Below are positions 45,386 through 58,844 of a stretch of 64,000 bases of DNA, one piece after another. Position 1 is the first letter of the stretch, and every line of letters begins with the position of its first letter. A model generated the notes under the pieces. It was not told the DNA's origin, did not search any database, and saw only the letters and a list, made by a program, of their open reading frames with translations. The stretch is from Eledone cirrhosa (lineage: Eukaryota): contig OZ024740.1 in assembly GCA_964016885.1 (NCBI GenBank), positions 321,408,001-321,472,000 of the forward strand, read 5' to 3'. The position numbers were made by a program, and so were the translations under genes.

Positions 45386-45570
45386 CTATTTTTATACAAT
45401 ATTGTGTTGGCCTTTGGCATTGGTTTACATTCTGTAACGTTGGTAGTGGGTACAGTGTAGTTACTGTTAGATGTAAGGAAAGCGTCTCTCAGATTCATAT
45501 TAGTGACAGCGTTTCCAATACCCAACCAGAGGGTTACGATGACAGCGAATGAGAAACCAATTAAGGCACC
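45386..45570 (-). CDS. SLC5 exon: GALIGFSFAVIVTLWLGIGNAVTNMNLRDAFLTSNSNYTVPTTNVTECKPMPKANTILYKN(R)
   Basis: cctag acceptor, gtgagt donor; TM helix followed by a loop with NYT/NVT sequons; phase-compatible. Confidence 0.9.
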
Positions 45571-45894
45571 CTAGGTAGGTAAAGAAGGTTAAACAGTTTT
45601 TAGGTTTGTTCTGGAAAAGTCGGTCCAATACAAGTTGAAATACACCAGGGAAAATTAGAAGGTATGTATATATAATATTATATTCACACACTACTAATGT
45701 ATTAAGTACCTTATTAACTGTGGTTACCCCCAATATATAACTCAGGATCTACACTCTCACACATACGCACACACACACACAAACACACACACACACACAC
45801 ACACATATATAAAATAAAAAAATGCCTATACTTTACTAATGTATTGGTAACTTTTTTAAAACTGAGATTACTCCCCGACACAACTCGGGAGTCT

Positions 45895-45933
<39 letters not shown>

Positions 45934-45984
45934 CGTTTTATAAAGAGTGGGGTTCCGACGGCAGGCTGAATATATATATATATA

Positions 45985-47119
45985 CTAGCAGCTGAGCCCG
46001 GTTGCACCCGGGGCCACTTTTTATTAAGTTAATAATTTGAAAAATATTATTGAAAGTTTATTATAAAGAAGCAGTTTCAGGAAAAAAATAGATGCACTTG
46101 GGGTTGGACGGCGTACAATGAGAAGTGGAGCGACGTGAAAAGCGTTGTTTATTAACAGCGAAATATCAATGTCGATGATAGTTTACACTTTGATTGCTCT
46201 GGTCAGCAAGAGGGGCCTCTATATATTAGACGTTTATTAGAAGAGGGGGAAATAACTAACCCCAGTATTAGAACAGGGGCTTCGCAATGTAAGGGTTTTA
46301 TTTCTTTTGTTAGAAAACAGTGACCTTTTTCGGTTTGGTATTTCGTAAAATTCTACTGCAGAATCGATTTCATAAAACGGTACTGTATGATCGTTATAGA
46401 AGTATTTAAATTTAATATAGAGCAACTGTAATTGAAAATGAAAATGAAACGTACTGTAGAAGGCAACAGTTTATTAACAGCGAAATAACGTTGTCTTTGA
46501 TATGTTATTTTAAATAAGATAATGAATATAAAAAAAAAAAACTGAATTAATTAACTCGGCAACCAAAGGATGCATGTATTCTTTAAACTTTTCATTTGAC
46601 TTTGAAAAATACTACTTACTGTTAGTGGTGGTTAACATGTATTAGAATTAAAATAAAAACACGCAATTTAAGGGTTTTATTTCTTTTGATGGAAAACAGT
46701 GACCGTTTTCGGTTTGGCATTTCGTAAAATGGTACTGCAGAATCGATTTAATAAAACGGTACTGTATGTTAACAGCGAAAGAACGTTGTGTTTGATATGT
46801 TATGAAAAAATTGATGAGTTTAAAAATTTGTATGAAATTGTAAATAAGATAATGAATATTGAAAGCGACTACGGAAAATAACTTATCCAAGTATTAGAAC
46901 AGGGGGGAAATAACTCACCGGAAGCGATAGTAAATAGACCGTTTTGGGGCCCTAGGGACCACATTTTTCAAGTTAGAGATTTGAAACCTCGTCTATTTGC
47001 TTCCTTGGCACTTTTTACATAGGTGTGTAAATTTTCATGTCCGTCCGACCACGTCTACTATCATTTAACCGTGCACAACTGAATTTCAACCACCACCCAT
47101 TTCACAAATATATATTAGA
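45985..47119 (-). mobile_element. Non-autonomous Helitron-like element (about 1.1 kb, internally duplicated)
   Basis: The - strand starts A|TCTAATATATA and ends with hairpin CCCGGGTGCAACCGGG, a spacer and CTAG|T. Confidence 0.6.
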
Positions 47120-47124
47120 TATAC

Positions 47125-47191
<67 letters not shown>

Positions 47192-47557
47192 TAATATATA
47201 TATATATGCACACATGTTTGTATGTATATACTGTTTATACTAAATTTAAATTTAGTTTGCCTCTACTAGTAATGTGAAACAATTTTCAAGAAAAAAAAAT
47301 GTAAATTGTTGAATCTTCAATACGACATTTCACGGCTATCTTAATTTATCACTAATTTTAACATTGAGAAGAATTCCAAATTAGAGGAGGATAGAGATAC
47401 ATATTTTGGCTTTACGGAGTTTCATACGTGTTGATCCACGTATCCAAGTACCTTTAACTTCTTGATGGAATCATAAGGACGTCGCTATGATGTACGGTGT
47501 GCCTTGGGTATTTAAAACTTGGTGGGTTTATCTCCTGTTTGGAACATAGTCGACTTC

Positions 47558-47620
<63 letters not shown>

Positions 47621-47827
47621 TCCCAGTACTCTACAGGTATTTTATTTATTGATCTCGAACAGATGAAAGGGAAAACTGACTTCGGCGGAATTTGAACAAA
47701 TAGCGCAAAACATTGATTTAACGAATGTGCCAATTCGCTGCCATCATATAATATTCCACCATTTTATTAAACACTGATTTTAACATTGAAAGGAGTTACA
47801 AATGAGAGGAGCACATAATATACTTAC

Positions 47828-47985
47828 TTTGGCGTTTGCCCACGGAATAAAGAGTCCCAGAATGAACATTCCAGCTATTGGTCCAGCAAAAGTGTTCAGG
47901 ATAATTATAGTTACATGAAGGATGTTGGATTTCACATGATGTATCAAGTATGAAAACATAAGAGCTACAAATCCAAATATTAAAG
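47828..47985 (-). CDS. SLC5 exon: ALIFGFVALMFSYLIHHVKSNILHVTIIILNTFAGPIAGMFILGLFIPWANAK
   Basis: tttcag acceptor, gtaagt donor; GPxxGxFxLGxFxPWAN motif; phase matches the previous exon. Confidence 0.92.
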
Positions 47986-48494
47986 CTGAAAGAAAACATA
48001 GAAGACATTGGGAATATTATTTGAGATAAATCGTTAAATTTCGTTGCCAATAATATTTTTTACGTCTAGTAGAATGTTATATATTTATTTTGCAAGGTTT
48101 TTCATATGAAATCGTGTGTTGCAACAGATATTATTATATTTGGGGAGGGTCAGATACGAGCACGCACCAAACAGAATTATGATGATAATAAAAAAACATT
48201 CGCAGTATAGACCCATTAAAAAAAAAATGCCTTCCCAAAGTCAGGTACATCAAATGCGGTATATATATAATCGACAAACAAAATATGAACAGAACTTCTT
48301 CAACTCCCGATTTTTATATTTTCATTTTTAACTTTTAATATGCGAAACCGGTAATATATTTTAAATATAATTTTTAAAAACCTTTTTAAAAAGATGTTTT
48401 TCTCTTGTTTTCAATAATCACTTTGTCGGGTTAAAGAAGAAAAAAATTCTTTAAATATACTTCAGTGCTGCTTACATCTTACCTTTTCTTCTTA

Positions 48495-48610
<116 letters not shown>

Positions 48611-48679
48611 AAAGTAAGTCCATAGAATCATTTGATAAAATATATACAGTATTTCTCCTCCCAATCAGCATAATCAACC

Positions 48680-49082
48680 ACATAAAAAATCAATTAAACG
48701 ACGCTATAAGTTTAAAATGTACCTATCAAGAAACAATAGATACATAAACGATAGCTACTTTATCCGCGATCCACAGCCACAGAAGATTTACCTAGTATTT
48801 CCAATAGCCCGTAGAAATTGGATATTTCCAAAAAGCGAATGAAACTCCAAGGGGTAGAAACATAATTTTGGTATGTTTATGTACATTTTTTCGTCTAATT
48901 TTGATTTTATACCTAATTGTGTATAGTTAACTATATGTCTAGTCAATTTCTACGAGTTATTAGAAATACTAGGTAAAACTTCTGTGGCTGTGGATCGCGG
49001 ATAAAGTAGCTATCGTTTATTTATCTATTGTTTTTTCATAGGTACATTTTAAACGTATAGCCTCGTTTAATTGATTTTTTAT
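48680..49082. repeat. Inverted repeat with arms of about 140 bp at the 3' end of a PLE
   Basis: About 48680-48821 mirrors about 48940-49082 (ataaacgatagctactttatccgcgatccacagccacagaag). Confidence 0.8.
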
Positions 49083-49886
49083 GTTTCCTTTACTGGTTTC
49101 ACAGTTCTTATGCTTTTCAAAAGTAGAATTGAGATGGAGGGTTTGTGGTTTTTCTCGCATCTGGTTGGTGTTCGAATGTGTAATGTTAGTGGAAATGCTA
49201 GGTTTTTTAGAAAGGTAATTTGGTTGGTTGATAAATATAATAAATTTCGCGCCAGTTCGCGTTACAAAGTTCTTATTGTATTTGCCTTTAAAAAAAGGGA
49301 GTGGCTCAGGTTGTTTTTTCATATAATCAGTGAAATTTGGTTGGTTGATACAGTCACGTGAATAAGCACATCAACTTTCGCACCAGTTCCTGTTTGAGGG
49401 TTCTTTATTGTCATTTTCACTTAAAAAAGTGGCTCAAAAATGTTTTTTTTATAAATGTAATTTGATTGGTTATGACTGTCACGTGAATAAGTACATTAAA
49501 TTTCGTGCCAGTTCGTAATTGGGGATTTTTTGTAGCCGTTTTCCGTCACATGATTTGTCAGAGAGTTTTGTGCCAAACAAAAAATAATGGTCAAGAAAAA
49601 AGGGATGGGGAGAATTGTTCTGGTTCAGTGAGTATGGCTGATGTGCTGAGGTGTCAAACTTCAGACTTTCCATTGAGATAAAGAAAATAGAGATATATAT
49701 TTTTATTTGTGTGCTGATGTGTGTGTGTAGGAAAATGATTCCATTAGTAGAAGTTTAAAAAGGAGTTATGTGTGTGTGGGGGGATATAGTTAGCATGTTA
49801 AGGTGGTGACAGGGTAGAGAATATATATATATATGTGTGTGTGTGTGTAGGAAAATGATTCCATTAGTAAAAATGGGTGAGGGAGT

Positions 49887-49953
<67 letters not shown>

Positions 49954-52650
49954 CTGTTTGGATAGTTAGCATGTTACGGTGTTAACATATTAATGTATAT
50001 TAAACTATATTTAATGCTGGCCTATATTTTTGAATAAACATATTTTCATTATTCATTCGTATTTGGTCTGTTGTATTGTCAGTGCAAAGATAAAGTGGGA
50101 AGACTTGGAATTTGGGTGACTTATCGCTTGCGCATATGTCGATGAATTGTCATTGTTTCTGAGTGTGAGTTTAGTTTGCCCTATATAATCTTCATTGCAT
50201 CCTTTACATTTAATGGCATAAACAAATTTTTTTATGAGCAAGTGAAGTGATTTTTACAACAAAATTTTGTCCTGATTGAAATGTATACTTGGTGCCTTCA
50301 ATGAGGTGAGTGCAAGTTCCGCAATTAGAGCGACCACATTTTTTGACAGTTGGTTGTGGCTTTGTGGTAGGTAATTTGGCATTGGTGAGTAATGTTTTTA
50401 GTGATTTCGGTTGTCTTTTGCTTTTGATTATTTTGTGTGTTTCAAGTGCTTTTTTCATTCTTGGGTCTTGTTTCAATAGTGGGATGTTCTTGTGAATAAT
50501 GTTGTATGCTTCCGCATTTCTTGGGTTATGCGTTGAGATATATGATAGAATATTGGACGTACCTTGAATTTGTTTCTGTTTTCGTAATTCATCAATGCCA
50601 ATTGCTTTAGCCCTTTCTATTCCATTATCTATTAGTAACGGTGGGTACTGTCTTTCGAGCAGAATTTCCTTTAATTCCTGAAGTCTTTTATTTCGCGTTT
50701 CATAATTGGAGACAATTGTGCAATTTTTTCTTCCTAGGTTAAAAGGAATGTTCGTCTTCGTGTGCTTTGGGTGGTTGGAGGTGAATAGCAGGTATTGTTT
50801 GGAATCTGTTGGTTTGTAGTGGCTGTCAGTTTCAATATTTGTGTCTTTTTTATGATTAAGATGTCCAGCAATGGGAGTTGATCTTGGCTGTATTCCATTG
50901 TGAATTGGATGTGGTTATTGATGCCGTTAATTAAGTTTTTGAAATCATTTAGTTGGTCGAGTGTGTGAGTCCAAAGAATAAGGCAGTCATCCAAGTAGCG
51001 TTTCCAATTCTCTGATAAATATTTGTGGAAGTTCAAGCCGTATTTTGATTTGGTGTGCTCATATATCTGAACTTCCAAGTATGCCATGACTAAGTTAGCA
51101 TAAGTTGAAGCGACTTTTGTACCCATCGCAGTCCCTGATATTTACTTGTAAGTGCTGCCATCGAAATAAAAAAGTAGTTCTGTAAAATAAATTTTAATCC
51201 CTCGGTGATGAACCTTTTTTCTATTCTGTCAGGTATCTCATTGGGATATTTCTCTAGCGAGAATCTTATTGCTTCTAGTCCGTATTGGTGTGGGATCGTT
51301 GTGTAGAGATTCACTACATCGAAAGACACAATAATAGTGTCGTTGTTGACATGTTTGGGGAGGTGGTTTAAGTCTGTGTGTTTTACATTGTGGGACCGCT
51401 ACAATTGGTTTTAATTTAAGGTTAGTGGGGTGTTGTATGTTCACGCAGGTTGAGGTGGATTCTTTATAGGCATCGTTAATTATTTTACACTTGTGGATCT
51501 TCGGAAGTCCGTAAAAGTTGCTGGTTTTGTATTCAAAATGTGTTAAATAATCGCGTTCCTTTTTAGTTAAGTCTTCTTGGTATTGACAAATGAATGCATT
51601 TAATCTGGTCATCGTTTTTGATTGCTGGTAGTTTTTTTTACTCTTTCATAGTAGTTAGTGTCTTGTAAGAGAGAGAATATAGAATTGTTATACTGTTCAG
51701 CATCCATAATGACGACAGTACTTCCCTTGTCCGCTTCCTTAATTACAATGTCAGTTTTGTTTTTTAGTTCATGGATAATCTCCCATTTCCTTCACACACA
51801 CATATAACACCCATATACACACACAAATAACTCCCTTTTCAACTTCTACTAATGGAATCATCCCCCCACCCCCTCCACACACACACATCAGCACACAAAT
51901 AAAAATATATATCTCTATTTTCTTTATCTCAATAGAAAGTCTGAATTTTGAAATCTCAGCACATCAGCCATACTCACTGAACCAGAACAATTCGCCCCAT
52001 CCCTTTTTTTCTTGATCATTATCTTTTGTTTGGCACAAATCTCTCTATGACAAATCATATGACTGAAAATGGCTACAAAGAACCCCCAAATACGAACTGG
52101 CGCGAAATTTAATGTACTTATTCACGTGACAGTCATAACCAATCAAATTACATTTATAAAAAAAAACATTTTGAGCCACTTTTTTAAGTGAAAATGACAA
52201 TAAAGAACCCTCAAACAGGAACTGGTGCGAAAGTTGATGTGTTTATTCACGTGACTGCATCAACCAACCAAATTGAGCCACTTTTTAAAGTGAAAATGAC
52301 AATAAAGAACCCTCAAACAGGAACTGGCGCGAAAGTTGATGTGCTTATTCACGCGACTGCATCAACCAACCAAATTTCACTGATATATGAAAAAACAATC
52401 TGAGACACCCCATTTTTTTAAAAGGTAAATACATTAAGAACTTTGTAACGCGAACTGGTGCGAAATTTATTATATTTATCAACCAACCAAATTACTTTTC
52501 TAAAAAACCTAGCATTTCCAGCAACTTTTTTTCACATAAAACAGAAGTAACATTCGAACACCAACCAGATGCGAGAAAAACCACAAACCCTCCATCTCAA
52601 TTCTACTTTTGAAAAGCATAAGAACTGTGAAACCGGTAAAGGAAACAAAT
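49080..52650 (-). mobile_element. Decayed Penelope-like retroelement (Neptune-like) with inverted 5' pseudo-LTR
   Basis: Frameshifted ORF about 51790-50010: FYGLPKIHK, FDVVNLY, MGTK, RYLDD, CGRSNCGTC, VYAIKCKGCNEDYIGQT. About 51830-52650 mirrors about 49080-49780. Confidence 0.9.
52601..52644 (+). ncRNA. Hammerhead ribozyme, U3-A8 core variant; inverted copy at 49085-49128
   Basis: TTCtaCTT-TTGAAAA-GCA taagaac TGT-GAAA-CCGG-TA-AAGGAA. Confidence 0.7.
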
Positions 52651-52719
52651 AAGCATTCTTAAAAAGACTCCAGTTGCATTTTCGATTTCATCTTTTTTCT
52701 TTATATATATATATATATA

Positions 52720-54820
52720 AACGTTTGGAGTTGTAAGGCCAAGACAATGCATATAGAATATAAATGCAAATGCAAAAGATATTGTTGACAATTAGTCTTT
52801 TACCTTAAATTTATTTAAATATCCTTAATTTTCGAGATATTTCTTCTTCGGAGGGAGGTAAAGGGGTTAATCCAGTGTTCTTAATTAGCTTGCCAAGTCA
52901 TGCTGACAGGAAATGGTATAGAGATTAAATTCTATCTCTAATGTCAGAGAGTGAAGGTTAGGTGGATAAAGAGTAGTCTCCCTTTAAAAGGGGTTTTGTA
53001 CATGTATGTTTAAGTGTGTGGGAGAATACGTGAAGGCGTAAGTATGCGCGTGTGTGTGTGTGTGTGTGTGAGTGTGAGAAGATATGTCTATACGTAAATG
53101 TGGGGGCTAGATGCTCTATCATGTAAAACTGGTCTTTGTGTGTGTGTATGTGTGTGTGTGAGAGAGAATAAGTTGAGGTGTAAGCGTGTGTGTGTATGTG
53201 TGTGTGTGTATGTGTGCGTGTGCGTGAGAGGGGGGTGTAAGTGTGGGGATAGGTGCTCTATCATGTTAAAAATTGGGTGTTGAGTTCTAGTCTATTATTG
53301 ATTGGTGGTTGTATTTTGTCTATAATCAGTGCTTCCTTAATTATAAGATTGCCGAGGTTTCTTTCCTTAGTTTCTATCCTAACTATTATGTTTTTGTCGG
53401 TGTTTTTGCATTTCACTAGGTGTTTCTTAAATGAGGAAGCGTTAGTAGTGTTCTTTTATTCTTATGTGAAATGGTCTGGTGGTGCTACCTACGTAGAAAT
53501 TGCTGCATTTGTCGCACTCTAATCTGTATGCAACGCAGGCCTGGTGGCATAGGTCTGTGTCGTTGATGGGGCAGTTGGCTAGCCTGCAGCGGCTGTCATG
53601 TCTGGTGGAGTGTCTTTTGGTTAACTGTCCGCGTAGAGAAGGTCCTGAGTGGGCTAGTTGGATATCTAGTCCCTCTCGTCTGATAGCTCTGCGGATGGCT
53701 GTTGTTGTTTCGTTGAAGTGTGGGAGCTTCAGGAAGCAGGTGTTAGTGCCTCGGGTGTGGTGTCCTCTGTTGTTTCTGGCACGGTTCGTGGTGGACGTCA
53801 GGTATCCGTTCAGTTTGAGTACTTCCAGGAAATGTGTGATGTGTGTGTCTCGGTCTCTTGCGTCGGTGCATTCGTTCCTTATGTATCCGAACTTAGCGCC
53901 GGCTGGGAGGGCCGATCTGAAATGTACGAACAGGTCTCTGCTGGCGGCTTTTTTTTTATAGAAGCAGGTGTGGATGTTGCCTTTCTCTGTTACCCTGAGT
54001 TGGAAGTCCAGTAGGGATAGGGATCCGCGGTCATCGGGGTGTTCCATGCTGAACTTTATACTGGCGTCCATGCTGGAGAATGTCGTGTATATTTTATCCG
54101 CCTCCTCACGGGATGATGTAAGGATGAGTATGTCATCTACATATCGGGTGAAGAAGGTATGGGAATGGCAGGTGTTGAGGGCTCGGCATTCTAGCTGGTT
54201 CATATAGGTGATGGCCAGCAGGCCCGATAGGCTGGATCCCATGGGTAATCCTGTTGTCTGTCTGTATGTGTGGTGGTGGAAGGTGAAGTACGTGTTATCC
54301 ACTGTGAAGGACAAAAGCTGGTGTATGTCCGTCGGATGGAGGCCGTAGCAGTGGATGTCCTCTGCGATCACGCAGTCCGTCAATAAATCGATAGCTGGAT
54401 GATCGGGGACTGTAGTGTAGAGGGAGACAACGTCGAGGCTAAAGGCGTATCTATTTAGTTTAAGTTGTTCTGGCTGGAGTTGTGGTAGTCTACGTATGAC
54501 CTCGTGGGAGCTACTAACATGCCCGGGAAAGGTGTAGAGTAGAGGCTTGAGGACCTGGGAAAGGAGCCAGGAGATTTTGTATAGGGGTCCTTCTATGCTA
54601 GAGACGATGGGTCTTATTTGTGTCTTAGTACTATTCTTGTGGGTCTTGATGAGGTGATAGAAAGTGGGCAGTCTGCTATTTCTAGTGGTGTAGTTGAACT
54701 TAACTTTATTTGGGAGTTGTCTTCTCCTACAGATGTCGAACCAGATGGAGTTGGCCTGTTTTTCGATCTGGGCTGCAGTCATGTCCGGGATTTCAATACT
54801 TAGGGTAGTAGAGTGGGTAA
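52720..54820 (-). mobile_element. Penelope-like retroelement, 5'-truncated; 446-aa ORF plus frameshifted tail
   Basis: FYHLIKTHK..IRPIVS, SLDVVSLY, GLPMGS, RYVDD, CRLANCP, AYRLECDKCSNFYVGST..RIKEH. Confidence 0.9.
52823..52854 (-). ncRNA. Degenerate hammerhead motif at the 3' end of the 53-55 kb PLE
   Basis: CCT-CCGAAGA-AGA aata TCT c-GAAA-AT-TA-AGG (U4 changed to C). Confidence 0.4.
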
Positions 54821-54936
54821 TAGGAAAATGTTCAAGACCCCGACGGCAGAGCTCAAGCAGTTTCGACGGCTATTTCTGGACTCAGAAATAAACGTCGAAA
54901 CGGGTTGAGCTCTGCCGTCGGGGTCTTGAACATTTT

Positions 54937-54940
<4 letters not shown>
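54821..54940. repeat. 120-bp imperfect palindrome between the PLE and a (TA)n tract
   Basis: taggaaaatgttcaagaccccgacggcagagctcaa mirrored exactly; inner part has small mismatches. Confidence 0.9.
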
Positions 54941-55021
<81 letters not shown>

Positions 55022-55206
55022 GCGTGTACGTGTGCATACTTACATTTATGTATCAGCTGTACTAGGGCGAGAAATACAATTCTAATTTTATTTTTAATAT
55101 TCGGCAAGGCCAGCCGTAACTCGATATGCAAATGAGGCTACTCAGCCGATGTGTACTTGAGAAAATACTATATATGTTCAACCGTTCAACAGACTGGCAG
55201 AGCTGT

Positions 55207-55249
55207 ACAGTCCTGATGAAGGGTAGTGACCCAGAAACATGTTGATTGT
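55207..55249 (+). ncRNA. Minimal type-I hammerhead ribozyme
   Basis: ACAGTC-CTGATGA-a-GGGT agtg ACCC-a-GAAA-CATG-TT-GATTGT; helix III palindrome ACATGT. Confidence 0.82.
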
Positions 55250-55424
55250 TCCTCAAAGCCAGTGTCGAACAAATAGGTGACGATCGGGCCGTTTGTTTAC
55301 AAACCAATCAAACATTATTATTGTTCGATATAACCCATACGTACATATGTATATATATATATATACACACACACACATGTATGTATATATGTGTGTGTAC
55401 GTGTGCATACTTGCATATACATAT

Positions 55425-55471
<47 letters not shown>

Positions 55472-55513
55472 ATAAACGGAAGAGCGTGGCACGTATTATT
55501 ATTATTATTATTG

Positions 55514-55730
55514 TGGATTGGCAGTATCGGTAGAGCGTCGGTCAACAAGCTTGGCAGGATATAGTTGTGGCCCTTTATGTTCTAAGTTCAATTCCCGCCG
55601 TGGTTAGCTTCGCCTTTCATTGTTACAGGGTCGATAAAATTAAGTACCAGTAATACACTAGGGTCAATTTAATCGACTTTCCTTTCCCCTTTAAATTGCT
55701 TGCCTTGTGCCAAAGGTAGAAACAATTAAT
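55514..55730 (+). mobile_element. SINE of the same family as 2562-2782; degraded - strand copies at about 26945-27097 and 47618-47742
   Basis: Colinear similarity to 2562-2782. Confidence 0.75.
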
Positions 55731-56653
55731 GACAACAATAACAACAACAACAATAATAATAGTAATAATAATAACGCTATTAATATCATCATATTTAGTA
55801 TTATTGAATAATTTATAAGATTTCCTTGAAAACGATACGAATGTTCCAACTCCCAACTGACATAAAACTGATGACTCATAGCACAACCCTACTCTGTTAT
55901 TCCACATACACACTTATATTACATTTTATTACAATGGCATGGTGCCATAAATACTGGGCGAAGAGTGGAGTCAACTGAACCAACCCCAATCTACACCCCA
56001 TTATCTGGTACTTATTTTATTAGTCCAGAAGGAATACGAGAATGCCTACCACTTTAGCGTTCGTATCATTTTATATGAAAGTGTCTTTCTAGACAAGGAA
56101 ACTCATATACGCAGAAAACAACAACAAAATCTACCAATTCCTGTTCACGACTCTGACAGAATAGAATAAATAAAATTCTCTTTTGATAAACGTGATATAT
56201 GTGGTTAGCTGATATGCGAAAATACCTTTTCACTGAACCTGTTAATATTTTTCTATAGAGATAGCAACTAATCGTTTAATGAGAGCAATAATGTAACGGA
56301 GGTTAGTTCTGAAGAATGTTTCACGAGCATAGAATATTCTATTAGAGTGTACAAGTTGACGTAAAGGTAAGTATTATATAAATACTTCTTGTGTGGTCCA
56401 GAATTACTAAAATATTTTTTCTCAAGAAAATCCAAGAAAATATTGGCTGAGAAGTTAGTTTCTGTAATCAATCTCGTCAGTTCTCTGCTTGAATATTTTT
56501 TATAAACGTCGGAGGAAAGACAATACAACCATAGTAGGATTTAATCTAAGAACGTAAATTCACCTATATAGATACCGACAGTACATTTCACTACCATTTC
56601 TAGTCAACTTATCAACTAGTTGCAGCCTTTAAATATCAATAAAATAGACTTAC

Positions 56654-56781
56654 CTATGCCTATTGTAATTTTTCCAGATGTGTTTCCACTGATTGGGATT
56701 TTTCTCACCTTTAAACAAAGAGGATCAACAAAGTCACAGTAAGTAACAGCTGCCAACGAATTGATTCCGGACGATATCGTA
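56654..56781 (-). CDS. SLC5 sodium:solute symporter (SMCT/SMVT/NIS-like) exon: (S)TISSGINSLAAVTYCDFVDPLCLKVRKIPISGNTSGKITIGI
   Basis: Manual translation; ttccag acceptor and gtaagt donor on the - strand. STxSSGINSLAAV is an SLC5 signature. Confidence 0.92.
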
Positions 56782-56807
56782 CTGGAAAGAAAGAAAGCAG
56801 ACAGAAT

Positions 56808-57900
56808 GACTAAAATTAAAAAAAAAAATAGAATGGACCCATTTTTATTTTTGTCTAAATTATCTATTTTTTTGACAAAAACTGATGAAAGTCTGAAAAT
56901 ATTTATTTCAAACCATTAAAAACAACATATCAAAAATTCGCTCTCTGCTGATATTTCTGTTCAAAGTGATCGACATTGAATCTATGCATTTTTGAGGTGC
57001 ATGGTGATGTTTAGCATAACGTCTTTACAAAAAGACCTATGGATGTCTTTGATCTCCTGCTTGGTGTTCTCATATAGGTCAGTGATGGTCCTGTGTTTGT
57101 TGACATACACCCTGTTCTTTATGTAGCCCCAAAGAAGGAAATCTGTGCGTGCGTGTGGAGGGCTTAAGTCAGTCTTCAAATTGATCAAACGATTTCCAAA
57201 GTTATTTTTCAGCTATTCTCCCGACTCATTGAACGTGTGAGGGTTTGCTCCATTTTGCTGGAGCCAGAATTTATTAATTAGAGATGGGTAGATGGTCTGT
57301 AGCTCCCTTTTGCAATCTTCCAGTACCTCCACATAGCGTTCTTTAGTGACTGTAGCAGTGACACATTTTCCCCGAAAAAGAATGGACCAATCAACCCTTT
57401 CACAAAAATGGCAGCTCCGACGGTAAATTTAGCCGACTGGATAGGTTTGACAGCCACTTCAGTGGGTTTCTCTGACCACGAGAACACATTAGTCTTAGAG
57501 TTGATCTTCCTCTCTAAGTGAAAGAGGGAAAGAGGTCCACTGCAGATTCCGAAAATTTGGGTTGTTTTCCATCTCCAGCATTTTCTCAGCCATAGCCTTT
57601 CTCTTGGTATAAAGCTTTTGTTTAGTCTGTATTATGTAGGCATGCTGCTTAAGCTTCTCTTTGTCAACCCTTCTGCAAGTTTCCGTAGAGAGCCCCAAGA
57701 ATTGGCTTCTGCACAGCGAAGTTTTGAGCACTGTTCAACAGACTCGGACCAAGTCAATAACTTCCTATGTGCACTTATTTAGTCGTCCAAAGTGGGTAGT
57801 GCAGTCTTCAGACATTGTAATTGAGGTTCTTCATTGCCCTTCACCCAGTTTTGTATATTGGCTTTGAAAATATGCAGTTTTGTATATTCTCTTCCAAAAC
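56808..57900 (-). mobile_element. Decayed Tc1/mariner-superfamily transposon
   Basis: Fragments GLIGPFFF, WLQQNGANPH and DLSP..DFLLWGYIKNRVY; abuts an SLC5 acceptor. Confidence 0.75.
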
Positions 57901-58754
57901 ATGCATGAAATTGTTCCTGGATCTACTTGCACAAGTCACACATATATTAGAGTGTTTCATAGAGAAAATCCGGCGCTGGAGCTCCCATTGGCGTCTCATC
58001 TTCTCAGATATTGTATTTGTCATGTCCTGAAATTTAAGGTAAAAATGACTATACAGTGACACAAAACGTGGCCTTGTTTGTTTATATTTTGTTTTTGTGT
58101 ATGCAAAAATATCTGTCAGTGATGCATCTGATTATGTAATCGCCAGCCTTGTTTGTTTATATTTTGTGTATGCAAAAATATCTGTACACGAATATCTATA
58201 TTAAAATAACATATTAAAGTTTAAGCAAAGAATCGCTGCTTTCAACCTTAACGGGATCTTCTGAAACTAAAAAAATCAATCTGTGAACGCAGAAGTAAAT
58301 ATTTCGAAAAACGTTGCAACCGAAGGAAAACAGGAAGACGATACTTTGATTCGTGAAGACGTTCCCTGGCATAAGAATATATATATATACACACACTATA
58401 TATATACATATATACACACACAAACTGATCGCGTCATAATGATGTAATGCAGACAGTCAGGCATACAGACAGATATTATAGGGGCGCGACGTCATATCTA
58501 TGTATCTATCTAAAAAGAGAGACTAAGAGAGAGAGAAAGAGATCGCTAAACCGCCTAATGCGGTCCCTAGAGCATTGAGAATTTGAAATTTATTTTGCTC
58601 AGAACACTCAATAGGACCATAAGTATTAAATGTGTAAAGTTTGAAAACAATCGGTTGGGTGGTTCTCGAGTTTTAGTGATTGAACAGACAGACAGACAAA
58701 CAGACATTCTCTGTTTTAGTAATATATATATATATATAATATAGATATAATATA

Positions 58755-58841
<87 letters not shown>

Positions 58842-58844
58842 ACA

